A DNA stretch of 64,000 nt from positions 30,008,001-30,072,000 of the forward strand of contig NC_043004.1 of assembly GCF_006345805.1 (NCBI RefSeq), written 5' to 3'. Positions 12,127 to 26,344 of the stretch are shown one piece after another. The notes below the pieces were generated by a model that saw only the letters and a list, made by a program, of their open reading frames with translations, had not been told where the DNA came from and did no database searches. The translations under genes were made by a program, and so were the position numbers. Numbering within the stretch: the stretch's first letter is position 1; every line of letters begins with the position of its first letter. The DNA comes from Octopus sinensis. Lineage: Eukaryota.

Positions 12127-13018
12127 CAAAGTGTTTGGGATAAATTTGATGATTTTTGTGTCTCCCTTTTTTCAGTAACAGCTTGATGTATTGGTGAAAA
12201 GCCAATGGTATTGGAGACAACAAAGATTAAAGTTGTAGTTGAGAAAAAGTTAGCTGACATGGAGGACTGGAAGCCATCTGAATATTGGAAGAGAGTTACC
12301 TGTGTCATGATGATTTGTGCTGGGTATCAAAATGCCAATATCATGACTGTTGCTCAATGCTCTGTGAACACTGTAATGGTTGTAATATGTGATATGGACA
12401 ACTGCAATCGAGACTATGAAGCCATGGCCAACAGGAAGGAACACTGAAAGAATTCTGTGTGTGTATACTAGAATTCATCCCCACATCTTAGAACAAGGCC
12501 TTAGGCTCAATTCGGATGGCTATGTGAAGCTGCTGGAAATTGATGTCAAACACTGGCTGGAGAGTTATTGCTGCTGGAAGGCTATGTGTGGCAGCAGGAT
12601 TCAGCTCCCTGCCAAACCTTCAGAAAGAGTCAGAAGTAGTTGTTGAAAAATTTCTTTGATCTCACCAGCCCCAATTTCCAATTTAAGGCCACCTAATTCC
12701 CTTGATTGTAATCCCATAGTTTACTACATATGGGGTGTGGTTGAGAAAGACTCTTGCAATGCCAAGGCCAAGCTTATGGCCAAGATCAAGGAGGTGTTTA
12801 AAGATCTTCCCAGGGATGCAGTGAAGAATGCATGAGCCAGGTTCCTGTAGCTATGATGGAAGCTGAGGGTGGTCACTATGAGTAAACTGTTATCTCCTAG
12901 ACATAATTGAGGTGATATATATATTTTTTAAATACTTTTATGTTTGGATGGGATAATTTGGAATAATTTGTTTTCTTTACTTTTTATGAAAACTGTCAAT
13001 TTTAGCCCAAACACCCTG
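12127..13018 (+). mobile_element. Tc1/mariner-superfamily element (maT/DD37D-like), internally deleted
   Basis: TIRs TA-caaagtgtttgggataaatt (12125-) and aattttagcccaaacaccctg-TA (-13020). Coding relics MEDWKPSEYWKR..., PHILEQGLRLNSDGYVKLLE, WQQDSAP, PPNSLDCNPIVYYIWGVVE and MEAEGGHYE. Confidence 0.8.
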
Positions 13019-15180
13019 TATACATGTATACACACACACACACACACACACAACACACGATCATTACATGTATGTATGTTAATAAAAGATGCAAGTAAGC
13101 CTGCAGGATGTGCACAATAGCTTCAAGTAAACCTAAAGGATGTACGTGCTCATGTAGAAAGTCCTGTGAATGCAGCTTGTTGAATAGTGTAAAACATGTA
13201 ATAGCAGAAGTTGCAGAAACAGTAAAGTTGTTGCAACTAGTGACAGTTGCATGTGGCATAGCAGTATATGTGTGCATATAGTGCAGCAGCTGCATAGTGT
13301 GGAGAACAACATGTATTATGAGAAAAATTCAGGAAAACTGGTAGAAACTGTTGGCAACGAAAAGGATAAGTACCTGAATAGCTAGTAAAAGGTAGTTTGG
13401 TGAGTCAATGGTAATTATTATATGAAGTCAAGATCAACTGGTTGCTGTTCTGTGTGTGTTGCCAGTAAAAGCTGTGTCTGAATTGAATGACTTTATAACT
13501 GGTCAGCTGTGGCTATCATAACCACAACAACTATCAAAAACATGGTGTGTTAACTCACTGACATGACTAGAAATGCCTGGCAATTTACTGTCTGGTCTAA
13601 GCCATTGATTATTCTGAAAGGCAATGATATAAGCACATCTGCTGATGCAATTTTACGTTAATTCATCTGTTGGGAAGATGAATGAATTGTTGCATCAGTT
13701 GATTTATCCAAAAGGTGATGACATAGTTACAGCTATTGGTGTGTAGGATTGCTCTTTACCATTAGGTATCTGCATTTTGCTTTTTTACCCTTAGTTGTCC
13801 ATTTTGGTTTATCATGTGATGGTCAAGTCCATTTAGCTTTGCATGGACTTAATGTGATAGACTAGCTAAGCATTATTCCCTCTTAAGCTATTTAAGGGAC
13901 AATTTTCCCTCTAATTCCTGAGGGAGGCAAGTTGGTTATGAGTGAGTTGAATTTTTTTTTTTTAATAATGAAATTATTGTATACAGTGCTCAGGTGCACC
14001 ACAAGCTCAGGTATACCACAATTTTCAGCAATGAGAGCAATATATTCCATTTTGTAGCTTCAGTGAGAAGTGATTCATAACCAAAATATTTGATACTATG
14101 TTTTTCATTTCTTTTAACATTTGTCTTTAACTTCAAGAAACATTTTGAAACTATGTAATGTTTTTAACAGAGTTCTACTTGTGCCAATTGATGTATTTCA
14201 GTTTAGGGTCAGAAATAAATATTGCAGTGACATCAGGGCTTAGTTATTGCTAAGTTATTTTGAGTTGCCTACTTTGCCTTTGGTTTAGTTAAGCATTGTG
14301 TAAGTATGTCTACTTTTCCTAAAACTGGTTACAGTCTTTATTAATTAAAGTTATCATGGTTGCCACAGTATATATGTTAAAACTGTACTATTGCTTTCTC
14401 GACAACTAATCTTATCTTTCAAAAAATGAGACTCAAGCAAAATATATAAGGTAATTGAACTTTTTATTAAACTGAAAGGTTCTCTGTTCAAAATTAGCCA
14501 AAGGGCAGGTGTATATGTAAAAGTAGCAATCCCTGCTCCTACCACTAACAGAGAATAAATAAATCAAAGAAAGCCAGTGCGGGAGCCTCTAAATGGTTAT
14601 TCTAATAACTCTAATTCATGCAGTTTTGGTAACAAAAGTATATGATATTACAGCTGACATATCTCTGATCACAGACCTCTTCAGTCAGAGCTGATCTGGG
14701 TTAAACAATAATGTGGATAACAAAAACAAAATCTAAGTTTGATAGTTTGGAAAACTGAAACTAATCTGAAAATATAAGTTTAAGGGATTGGGCTGATAGA
14801 TTATGTCTGATTAATATATTAACTGTCAGTTGTTAATGAGAATGACTTGGTAGTTAGCACCATGTTTTTGATAATTATTTCAATTGCCTACAGTGTCACA
14901 AGTAGACAAAGACACTCAGACATTCCATCCTTGACTCAGTGGAACATTGAGAATCTGAGAGCTGTAGGGAGAAGGCACCTGCACCTGACTGGTAGTCAAT
15001 TTCAGCTGAGCAGACTAGAATAATGTGAAGAATAGAGCCTTGCTCAAGAACACAAAGCACCAAATCCAAGCATTAAACCAATGATCTTATGATTGTGGAA
15101 GCAATACCCTAACCATTAGGCCATGCACTTTCACTGGCCCAATATGTAGCACTCTGGCTATGCAATATATCAACCATGTA

Positions 15181-15405
15181 CAAAGGCAGTAAGCTGGCAG
15201 AATCATTACAGCACCAAGCAAGATGCTTAGTGGCATTTCCTCCATCTTTATGTTCTGAGTTCAAATTCTACCAAGGTTGACTTCACCTTTCATTTTTTTC
15301 AGGGTCTATAATATAAGTTAAGCACTGGGGTCAATGTAATTGACTTATGTCCTACCCCCAAATTGCTGGCTTTGTGCCAAAATTTGAAATCAATATGTCA
15401 ACAAT
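15181..15405 (+). mobile_element. SINE family A (abundant, octopus-type), degenerate copy
   Basis: aaggcagtaagctggcagaatc...ttctgagttcaaattc...gttgacttcacctttcat... matches the young copies at 35785 and 39325. Further degenerate copies at about 7880-8290, 18190-18400, 19850-19990, 21195-21360, 23020-23220, 37000-37220, 38030-38200, 59075-59290 and 60010-60230. Confidence 0.75.
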
Positions 15406-17179
15406 GTACAGAGTATTGTAATGGTATTGTGTAGTGTGGTGTGGTGTGTCTATGACTAGCTGCTAATTAATTGGGTGACTGTGGTCAAGAATGTCTGTCT
15501 GTGTAGCTGCTGTACCATTATTTAACATCAAAGAAGTTAGTATGAAATCTAAGTGTAGAGAAGCTGTGAATAAGTTAACTCTTTTGGTATATAAGTTTGT
15601 GCTTGTGCTTTTTCTCACCCAAACTGAATATAAATAATATTATAATATAAGCAGCAATGTGACAGCTACAATTTGATAATGGTTTAGAAACTTGTATGGT
15701 TTCTAAGGAAATATGATGAAGCAGTCACATTTTTGGAGATACAGTGAGGTTTCTGATTAACAGCAAATATAACAAATATTGCAAATGTGTAAGAGAAATT
15801 GTGAACCAGATTTAACCATGAAAGATGAGACCAAAATATGATGAGGAGTATGTAATCTAGCTCAATGGAATAATACTGAAATGATAAGAAAGTAATACAG
15901 TAATTCAGTAATACAGTGATAGAATGTTTCTGCTGCAATTCTTTTCTGAAATAATTTCTATGTTGCTTCAACTAAACTATTTCTGTAACTTTGTATCTCT
16001 GCTGAAATGGGTTATTAGGATTTATTCTGTTTTTCATGTAATTCTAATAGAAGATTGATCTCAGATGCAGTTAGTGAATACTGAAGCATGTTAAATTCCT
16101 GCTATGATGCTGTACATTTAAATGATAGTGTATTATATTAAGAGATAAATAAAGAAGACATGAGCTAGAAATAAATAGTGAAAAGAGACATGTATTAGTA
16201 ACTATTACACAATGATATCTGTTGTATGATATGATATTACCATCAGGTAATTTTCAGTGTAGATATCTGTTACAACCCATGGCTTTAACATATATCTGCA
16301 GAGGGAATGGATGGATGATAATGTTACAGAACTGTGAATAACTTTGATTAGGAATATGGAAAGATTAAAGTCAAACTGAAGTTGATAATAATTTCGAAAT
16401 GATAGATAGTTAACATTTTTGTAACCATATTTATTGAAATATGATAATGAAAGGGTCATATTGAGATACACTTACTTTGTTTCGATTCATTTTGAATATA
16501 ATGAAGTATCTTGTAAAATAGTTGTCATTATTAAACAAGTGTTTGGAATACAAATAAATATGGAATTTGGATGGAAGGTTTTAGTTTAGATCACATTAAA
16601 ACAAGAAGTTTATATCATGGATTAGGTTCGGTTTTGGGTGTGTTGGTATCAGAAGGGTAAATCTTTTTATGAACCAAAAGTATCAATGGGCTTGTTCCTT
16701 ATCTCTGATCTCTTTAATTTTGAGTGGATGAGGGAAATTCTCCCTTGTTTAGAATACCAGAGGCTGTAAATTTTATCTGTTGTCTGATCTGGTTTAACAC
16801 TACCAACTGGCTCTTGAATGCTTTCAGTGGTGAACACACTGTTGTAAACATTCAGGCCTCCTGAGGTCTTGTATGATGATAAATTCCTTAATCCAAGTTT
16901 TGGTAAAGGTCATGGGTTGTGTTTTACCACTAACTAAACCATTAAGATATTGAAACCAAAAAAATATTCAGAAATCACCAGCATATATTTAGCAAGACAG
17001 TAAGATAAACTGAAGCAAAGTACAACAATATATTCTGCCATCCATCCCCACAACCTACAAACACAAGCAGTTGATTTAAACTTGTAATCAATCAGTCAAT
17101 CAAACTATTGCCACTGCCACCACTGTCAACTGATATCAAGGTAGTCTATGAGAGATCTTCATAGACATGATCCTTATGT

Positions 17180-17510
17180 TCATATGTTGACCTTAACTGT
17201 GGTGCACATAAACAGATCACTATTGATGTTGTGTAATCTGTAACCAGTTCAAACTTAATCATTGTCACACTCTCACTGACCTCAATTACTTTATCTCTCC
17301 ATTTCTCTGTTAACAATATGCCTAATCCACTAACTCACCTAGAAGAATTTGTACCCGAGTTTCTTGCTCATGAGAAGTTGAGGCACTCTATTATTTTATC
17401 TCTTTTACACAGCACAAATCAATTAGCCGCCATTCCAACATTTCCACAATAATTCCAGACCTATTTTCCATTACACCACTAAATGGGTTGCAGGTGAGTA
17501 CCCTACATTG
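17180..17510 (-). mobile_element. RTE LINE APE-endonuclease fragment, degenerate
   Basis: Minus strand VSGLGILLTEKWRDKVIEVSE resembles VGGVGILLAEKWVDKVIEVVR of the ORF at 32121. Confidence 0.65.
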
Positions 17511-19357
17511 TAGTGACTGGCACGTTTTAATGCATGACACTAAATTCAGGCAGTAATTATGATTTATGGAAGATTACAAAGCTCAAAGTTAAGAATAGTG
17601 AGACTTCATTAAAGGAGCTCTTAAAACTGATGACACATTTAATACAAAACACTATGGACTTACAGAAGCAAAAACTCAGAAAATGTAGAGTAAAGAGAAC
17701 GGAAATACCAAAATATGAGAGGACTGAGTAACAGTGAATATGTAGCATCAACAGTGAGATTGACTTAACCTACTGATTGATACAGTTAGTGCTGTTACTA
17801 CTCTCAAGTACTCAGGGAGTCTTTAGTGTATACTCATAATTCAAAGTCAATGAAACTGAGCTACTGAAAGATAAAATCTAGGATGTAGGAGGTTCATAGT
17901 TAAAGTAAGTGGCATGTACGAAATAGTAAAAAGTTTGTACTAGATGGTAGCTGGGTTAAAGAAAGTAAAGAGAGTGGGTAGAAATGTAATTTATGAGTTG
18001 TGCCATGTGAATCTGCTAACAAAGTTCCTTACTCTCAACAAAAGTGATTGATGTTAATATAATTCCATAATAGTAGTATTCATAATATTTCGTGTATGCT
18101 AATAAGTTTAGGCTGTTAACTTGTATTAACATCAGCAATTTATAATGTTACCGATGCACGTCATTCGAGTTATAATTTTAAAAAAATGTCAAAGAGGCAA
18201 GCTGGCAGAATTGTTAGAGCACTGAATATATGATATTTCTTCTAACTCTTTACATTCTGAATTTAAAATCCCTCCTATGTCAACCATACCTTTTATCCCT
18301 CTGATCTCAATATAATAAAGTACCAATGAAGTACTGGGTCTATGGCATTGACTAAACCCTTCCCAAAGACTACTGGCCTTGCACTTAAATTAGAAACATT
18401 TAAGAAGGATAAAATTTCACAACTTGGCACAGATATCAATTTTTATTGTTTAGACCTAAATCAATCGACTGAGCAAACCTATGGTCAAAGACATTCCATT
18501 AGTGACCAACATACCGTTTCAGAGGGGATATATCTTTCTTGGACTATATCATTTAATGTGTCCCTGGTTTTAAGATAATTTGGAAGAGTTTTGATTGCTA
18601 TATCTAGTAGGTTGCGCAGCCATGTAGAAGCATGGTGTCACAATGTTCTGAACTCAAACCTTCCTGGAACTGACTTTAATTAGTTAATCTTTTCCAAGTA
18701 GATAAAATGAGTGTTGGTATGATACCACAGTCAGCTTAATTAACTCTCTTTCACTCTCTCTTGTATCAAGCCAAAAAATAAATTACCATTTCTGGACATA
18801 GAATTATTTCTTGCTTAACTTACACTGACCATCAGAGGAGAACCCAACAGTTGCAATCAGGACTGTCTAGGTAGCCTTATAACCCCACTCCCTCCCTGGC
18901 AAATCAATGCAGTGAGCCTTATGGTATTTATTTATTGACAGCAGGCCACAATACACATAGGTCAGAATTGGGCCTCTAGACACTTGAGGCCCCTGGGAAA
19001 CTGTCTAGTGTTCCCATGCCTTATGATGGGCTTAGCTGTGATTGTATATCTCATGGGAAATAGTCTATTTTAGAGAGGTTAATAAAACTATGAAAAAAAA
19101 AAAGACTAGTCATTTATTAGTCAACTATAGATTATTACGAATATATATCTTTTATTTTTTACTTGTTTCAATCATTAGACTGCAACTGTGTTGGGGCACC
19201 ACACTAAAAAGCTTTTAGTTGAATGAATTGACCCTATGACTTATTTTTTTGTTAAGCTTGCTACTTTTTCTATTGGTCTATTTTTGGTGAAGTTACTGGG
19301 ATGTAAACGTACCATCAGTTGTCAAATGGTGAAGGGTGACAAACCTAGACAAAAAGA

Positions 19358-19394
<37 letters not shown>

Positions 19395-19400
<6 letters not shown>

Positions 19401-19562
19401 ACATAACAGGCTTTTTTCAGTTTCTGTCTATCAAATCCACTCACAAAAGCTTTGGTTGGCCCAAGGCTATAGCAGAAGACACTTGCCCAAGGCACTACAA
19501 AATGGGACTGAACCTGAAACCATGTGGCTGGGAAGAAAACTTCTTACCACACAGCCACACCT
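19395..19562 (-). mobile_element. SINE family B (tRNA-like head) fragment
   Basis: Reverse complement of ggtgtggctgtgtggtaagaag...ggttcagtccca...ttgggcaagtgtcttct..tatagcc. Other copies at 38790-38945 (+), 46715-46860 (-), 48105-48520 (+) and 49240-49400 (+). Confidence 0.75.
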
Positions 19563-20016
19563 GATATGAATTATTTTTCATATTAAAAATACTCACTCAT
19601 CCAACATACCCTACTCAATCCATTAAAAATTAATGTAAAGATTTCCAGTAATTATCAATTCCAAATTTATACAAGAAATTTTTTTTTAGCAAAGTTGGAA
19701 TTTTGATTGATTAACATTATTGAGCAAGGAATTAATTCATCAGTAATTCTGTAAACTATCTATTTAGGCTATCACTTCCTAGTTATAAACCATCAATCTA
19801 GTCATCAATTTTATTATTATTATTATTATTATTAATATTATTATTATTATTAAGGCAGTGAGTGAGCAGAATCATTAGCAGGCTGGACAAAATGTTTAGC
19901 ATCATTTCTTCCGGCTCTTTACATTCTGAGATTAAATCCCATAGTAGTCAAATTTGCCTCTCATCTTCTTGGGGTTGATAAAAATGAAATATTAACCAAG
20001 ACTTTAGAAAGGATTA

Positions 20017-21181
20017 CAAGAGTTGACTGAAAAGGTCATAGGCTGACTATGAAGGAGTGATTCTAGAGCTGTGAAATCTTGCAAGCATTAATTTCAACTG
20101 TTTTTATGAATAACTGCATTGCTTATTTCTAAAGAAGATTTCAAAAGTAATCAGTAGTGACTGCTCTTCAAAATGGACAAAGTTTGGCATTGTGCTTTTA
20201 TCAAGTATCTGCAGAAAAAGGATTTAGCCCCCAACAACAGTCATGCTAACAAGGTTGCTACATTAGGGGATGATGCTCCATCTTTATAAACTGTGCAAAA
20301 GTGGGCAACAGAATTTAGGAAGGGAAAAGAAGAATCTTGAAGATGCCCCATGGTTTGGAACTCCTGAAACTGCCACTACCAAGGAAAACTTTGACTGTGT
20401 TCATCACAGGGTGATGGAAGACAAATGATTGACTAGAAATCAAATAGCCAATGCCCGTAGCATATCCCATGAAAGAGTTGAGAATATTCTGCACAATGAA
20501 CTTGGCATGCTGAAAGTGTCTGCTCAGTGGGTGCCACATCTGATACTTGATTAAAAGTGCACCAGGCTGATCACATCACAGGAAAATATGACATTGTTTC
20601 AGGTAGATCCAGCTGGTTTCCGAGAAGGTTTCCTTAACCAAGGATGAGTGTTGGGTTCATCAATTAGTCAGAAACAAAGAGACAATCCATGCAGTGGAAA
20701 CACTCCTCTTCAACTGTTCCAAAGAAGGCCAAAGTTGTTTCATTGGTAGGGAAAGAGATGACTTCAGTTTTTTGGGATGCAAAAGGCACTGTGTTTATTG
20801 ACTATCCAGGAAAGGGCCACATCATCAATGAAGAGTATTATGCCAACTTGCTGAGGTAGTTACAAAAGGCTATCAAAATAAAATGCCCAAGAAAACTGAC
20901 ATAAGGGATCTTGTTTCATCAGGACAAAGCTCCAGCACACAAATCCTTGGTTTCAATGGCTGCTGTGTGTGACTATCACCTGTTCTCCAGCATGAAATAA
21001 ACACTGCTGTTGATCTTTTTTGATGAACAAGATGAAATTTTCACCAATGTGATCCAAGCACTACAACATTGATGGAAAACGTATGTAGATTACAAGGAGT
21101 CTATGTTGAAAAATAATCTCATTTGGTTACATTCCATGTGAGTATTTTGGTCAGCCTGTGAACTTTTCAGCTGACCCCACC
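20017..21181 (+). mobile_element. Near full-length degenerate mariner (irritans/Hsmar2-like)
   Basis: TIRs ...gttgactgaaaaggtcataggctgac and gtcagcctgtgaacttttcagctgacccc-TA. Relics WVPHL, QDECWVH, FWDAKG, YPGKGHIINEEYYANLLR and ILFHQDKAPAHK. Confidence 0.85.
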
Positions 21182-22375
21182 TATTACTAGTGGCATTTCT
21201 TCCAGCTCTTTACATTCTGATTTCAAATTTTGTTGAGGTTAACTTAATCTTTCACCCTTTCAGGGTCAATAAAATAAGAACCATTTGAGTACTGGAGTTG
21301 ATGTAATTGATTGTTCTTTTCCTTAAAATTGTTAGATTTCTGCCAAAATTTGAATCCATTATTATTATTGTTATTATTCATTTGCAGAACAGTAACCATA
21401 TCTTTTTAAAGGGTTTCCTTCCTAGTTTTAGAATTTGGATAAATGAGATTAGAAAATTACAGAGAACTAATGCTAAGTTACATTAAAGCCACAGAAGGAT
21501 CATGTTAAAACAGACAATCATCTCTTCTCAGATTTGTCAATGAAGCCATTATGAAGAAATATATTGGTTGGATGATTTCAATGGTTGATATTTCTGAAGA
21601 TTCACATATTCCAACTGAATAAAAATTGCTGTATTCTATGAAGCCTAAGTGCAGCTAATTGAAGACCAGGTGTGAATTAAGAAACATTACTGCCAGGAAT
21701 GTGACATAACCAATTCCACAGTCCAGCATTTTGAGTCAGTTGTCAGTGTTAATAAAAATGAAAAACTAGATTCTGGAAACAGTTAAGCAAGTTCTTATTA
21801 CAGAATTAATAGGAAGAGAAGTTTCAAATATAGAAGTTGGGGTTCAATCCAAGAGAACATAACAACCATATCTACAGATTAATATGATGGTTGGTTAATG
21901 TATTTAATAAAAGCAATAAGCTAATTAAAATACATGATGAAACCCTTGGTGATCAGCTGTCATAGGGGAGACAATCCCTATTTGATTAAGTTCAGTCAAA
22001 GTAGGTTTGGAAGTTTGAAATCTAAATCAAAGAATAAAGAAGGTGTACAGAATATATACATTTATTATTACTTTTTCTACTCACAACAAAGTGCTTAAAA
22101 TTACTAGTCAAAGGTGCTATGTATAAAGTTATCTCATTCTTCTTTGGAATTGTTAGCACAACATTATCTGAAGTTAAATACATTAAAATAAATCAAACTT
22201 TTATACTAAGACAATTCTTAAGTATGAGCCAGTTAATTATTCAACCGAAGAAAATAAAAAAAAATGAAAAACTATGTAAATTTACAAAAAGAGTTAATTA
22301 ATTTGAAGAGGCAGACAACCATAAACTGTAAAATATGATCAGTCAAAAGAAAAAAAGGAAAAAAGCAGCAAGGGG

Positions 22376-22416
<41 letters not shown>

Positions 22417-22719
22417 AGTGAGTGCACACACAACTAGTCTCCTCAGAATGATACTAACCAAAGATATTAAAAGTAAAAATCAAATCCCAATAAAAAACAC
22501 ACCATGGATGCATGCACACACGCACAAAATATACATAAAAAATAGAAAAGTTGGGAGACTCAGATTCAGGAGATGAAAGAGACCCATAGTAATGAGGAGG
22601 GAGGGCCATGGCATTGATGAGGCTGTTGAATGATAATGAAAGGATTGTGACAAACCAGCTGATCGATCAATTGATTGAACAATTAATCAAGGAATCGATT
22701 AGTTAAATTATTACCTAGT

Positions 22720-22753
<34 letters not shown>

Positions 22754-23769
22754 GTAGTGAAAAATAGAAGTAATGTGTTTGTTATTGGCAAAATGATTCT
22801 CCTAATATACAATAATATTTATACAACTGTTACTGCAGATTATTGATCAGCTATTATTGAAAACCTTGAAGTTACTTTCTTAAACTATGTCAATACAGTT
22901 TAAAAAAGAAAGTAGTCATTGATTTCCAATTTAGAAAATCTATGTTAAATCTTAGCAGAGATTTTATGGAGATTTTTACAATTATCACTAGAATGTGATA
23001 TCATTATATATTACATTAGAGCTGCAAGCTGTCGGACTCTTCAGTGTGTTGGACAAAATACACAGCAGTGTTTCTTCTGGCTCTGAGTTCAAATACCACT
23101 GAAGTCAACTTTGCCTTTCATCCTTTCAGAGCTGATAAAATAAAGTAACAGTCAAGTACTAGGGTTGATACAATTAACTTGTGCCTCCCCTTAAAATTGC
23201 TGTCCTCAAGATGGAATTAGAATTATTATGATACATATTACATTGCTACTATAAGCAGTGTATATTTTCTTTTCTTTTCATCATTTAATGTCCATTTTCC
23301 ATGCTGGCATGAGTTAGATGGTTTGGCTAGAGATGGCAAGCTAGAGAGCTGCACAAGATTCCAATCATGTATTTCTATGGCTGGATGCTCTTCCTAATGC
23401 CAACCCAGAGTGAACTGGGTGCTTCTTACATGACACCAGCACAAGTACTTATTTATGTATTATACATTATATCATTATATCACATTGCTAATATGAATTA
23501 CATTTCTATTATATATTACATGGCTATTATATTATACACTACATTTCTTATATATATATATATAGAATAGATAGATATTGTTGCTATTATGTTAAACTGT
23601 CATATGTCCAAATTTAGCCAAATGCGTCTTTTTGCTCAAACTATCGTATCTCCAGCTGCTTCAGATGCCATGATGTCAAAAATTGTCAAAAGTTTAGTTT
23701 TTTCTGAAAAAGCAATGTTTTGGACTTTACTTTTGCATAATAGAAACGATATATATATATATATATATA

Positions 23770-24786
23770 TAGGGTCATCCATTAAACAATGCGTTTTTCA
23801 ATTTTTTTTCAGAGGGGAATGGATTAAACAACCTGACTCAACTTGCTATAAAAGCAAGTATTAATTTCACTTTGCCCTTATTCTTAGTGCAAGTTTTGAA
23901 GAGTGCAGTTCGATTTTAACAGTTATTTTTTTCTATAATGGAAGTAGCAAAGGAGCACATTCATCATATTTTGCTTTTTAAGTTCAATAAAGGTAACAGT
24001 GCAACAGAAAGTGCAAGGAATATTAATGCAGTAAATGGGGATTGGACAAGTGTAAGTAAGTGTCAACAGTAGTTCCAGAAATTCTGAGCTGGAAACTACA
24101 GCTTAGAAGACGAGCCTCATCCTGCAAGAGCTTGACAAGGACATCCTGCAAACTCTGGTGGAAGAAAATCTCATTGTAACTGTTGAGGAACTAGTAGAGA
24201 AGCTTTGATTTGGTCATTCAACCATTCATTGACACCTGTATGCCATCAGGAAAGTGACAAATTGGGTCAATGGATCCCAATGCGCACAGAGAGTGAATGT
24301 ATGCTCTTCTTTGCTGTCATGTCTCATGAATAAACCTTTTTTGGACTGAATAGTGACTGGTGATGAGAAATGGGTTCTCTATAAAAATGTCAAGCGCCGA
24401 AGACAGTGGGTAGGGAAAGGAGAAACACCAGCACCCTAGGATGACATTCCAAAGATTGGAGCAGTTTGTATGGGAAACAATGCCCCACCTACCGTATTCG
24501 CCAGACATCGCCCCGTCTGATTATCATTTATTCCAACAGTCTTCAAAATCAATTGGATGAAAAAAAATATGAATTCTGTAGATGAGGTCAGAATAGTACT
24601 GGAGGAGTATTTTTCATCACAGACAAGTGAATTTTGGAAGAGGGTCCTTGCAAGTCTACCAGATAGATGGAAGAGCATTGCAGAAAATGAAGGAGAGTAT
24701 ATTTTAGATTAAAAAAGAACTTTGTTTATCTTAATTTTGAAAAATAAATGAAGTATTAAAAAAATGCATTATTCATGGGATGACAA
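23770..24786 (+). mobile_element. Degenerate mariner (cecropia/Hsmar1-like)
   Basis: TIRs gggtcatccattaaacaatgcgttt and aaatgcattattcatgggatgac. Relics MEVAKEHIHHILLFKFNKG, IVTGDEKWVLYKNVKRRRQW and LPDRWKSIAENEGEYILD. Confidence 0.85.
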
Positions 24787-25199
24787 TACATACATACATA
24801 CATACATACATATACATATACAAATATATATATATATCACATTGTTATTATGCTGTATTATATATAACATACTGCTTATATAAATTACATTGCTATAATA
24901 TTAAACATCACACCGTTTGTATACATCACATTGCTATTGTAATATATTATCTGTTACATTATAATAGCAAGATAATGCCTATTAGCAGGTGTATAATAAA
25001 TTGCATTGTGATAAAAATGAATTATACATCACATTTACCGTATTATATATTACATTGCTATTATAATGTGTTGTACATAAATAATAATATAATACTACTA
25101 ATATATATATTACATTACTATTACAAAGTACCGTAAATGATTATTATATAATATAATGTATTACACACCACATTGCTAATATACATTGCATTGCTTCTA

Positions 25200-26213
25200 C
25201 AAAGGTGGTCTAAAAAGTTCCTAGGCTGACTATGAAGAAGTGCTGCTGTGAAATCTTGGATGCATTAATTTCAACATTTATTAATGACTACATTGCTTCT
25301 CTCCAGGAAACTGGCATCTGACTGTTCGAAGAAGACTTCAAAAGTAACTAGTAGCAACAGCAGATATGACCTCATCATCACTATGATACCAGTTACCAGC
25401 CAAGTATCTTCTCATGTTGGGGAACAGGTGATAGTCAGATGGAGCCAACTCAGGAGATTTGCAGCCATAGAAACCAAGGACTTGTGTGCTAGAGTGCTGT
25501 TCTGATGAAACAAGACCCCTTTCATTAGTTTTCCTGGGTGTTTGATTTTGATAGCTTTTGTAATTGCCATAGCAAGTCGGCATAGTACTTTCCATTGTTG
25601 GTGTAGCCTTTTTAAAGATAGTAAATAAACGCAATACCTTTAGTATCCCCCCAAAACTGAAGCCATTGTCTTCCCTACAGATGAAACAACCTTGACCTTT
25701 GTTGGAGCAGGTGAGGAGGGGTGTTTCCAGTGCATGGATTGTTTCTTTGTCTCTGACTCAAAGTGATGAACCCAACACTCATCCTGGATTAGGAAATGTT
25801 CAAGGAAACCAGCTGGATCTGCTTCAAACAATATCAGATTTTCCTGTGATATGATCAGCCTGGTGTGCTTTTCATCAGTTGTCAGAATATGTGGCACCTA
25901 CCAAACAGAAACTGTCCATTTTTGCACTCTTGATAAAGCTGTAGTATCATCCTTTATGTAGCATCCTTGTCAGCATGAATGTTGTTCGGGGTGAAACCCT
26001 TTTTCTGCAAGTACTTGACTGTACCACAGTGCCAAATTTTGTCCATTTTTAACAGAAGTCAGTACTAGTTATTTTTAAAGTTTCTTTGAACAGTTAGATG
26101 GAAAGAAACAATGAAGTTATTTATAAGAAGGGTTGAAATTAATGTATGCAAGATTTCACAGTTCTAGTATCATTCCTTCATAGTCAGCCTATGAACCTCT
26201 CAGCTCATTCTTG
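25200..26213 (-). mobile_element. Mariner (same family as 20017-21181) on the minus strand, with an inverted copy of its 5' end in place of the 3' end
   Basis: Minus-strand relics QDECWVHHFESETKKQSMHWKHPSSPAP and SPELAPSDYHLFPNM. 25200-25302 is the reverse complement homologue of 26100-26213. Confidence 0.8.
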
Positions 26214-26344
26214 CATACAGCAGAAATATAGAGCAATAATGATGTTCATAGTTCATTTTCTTTGATTGATACATATGGTATGAGCATTAAAAAATGGAGC
26301 CAATTTCAGTACATGAAATTGGCTCCATTTCCAATATAGGAAAT

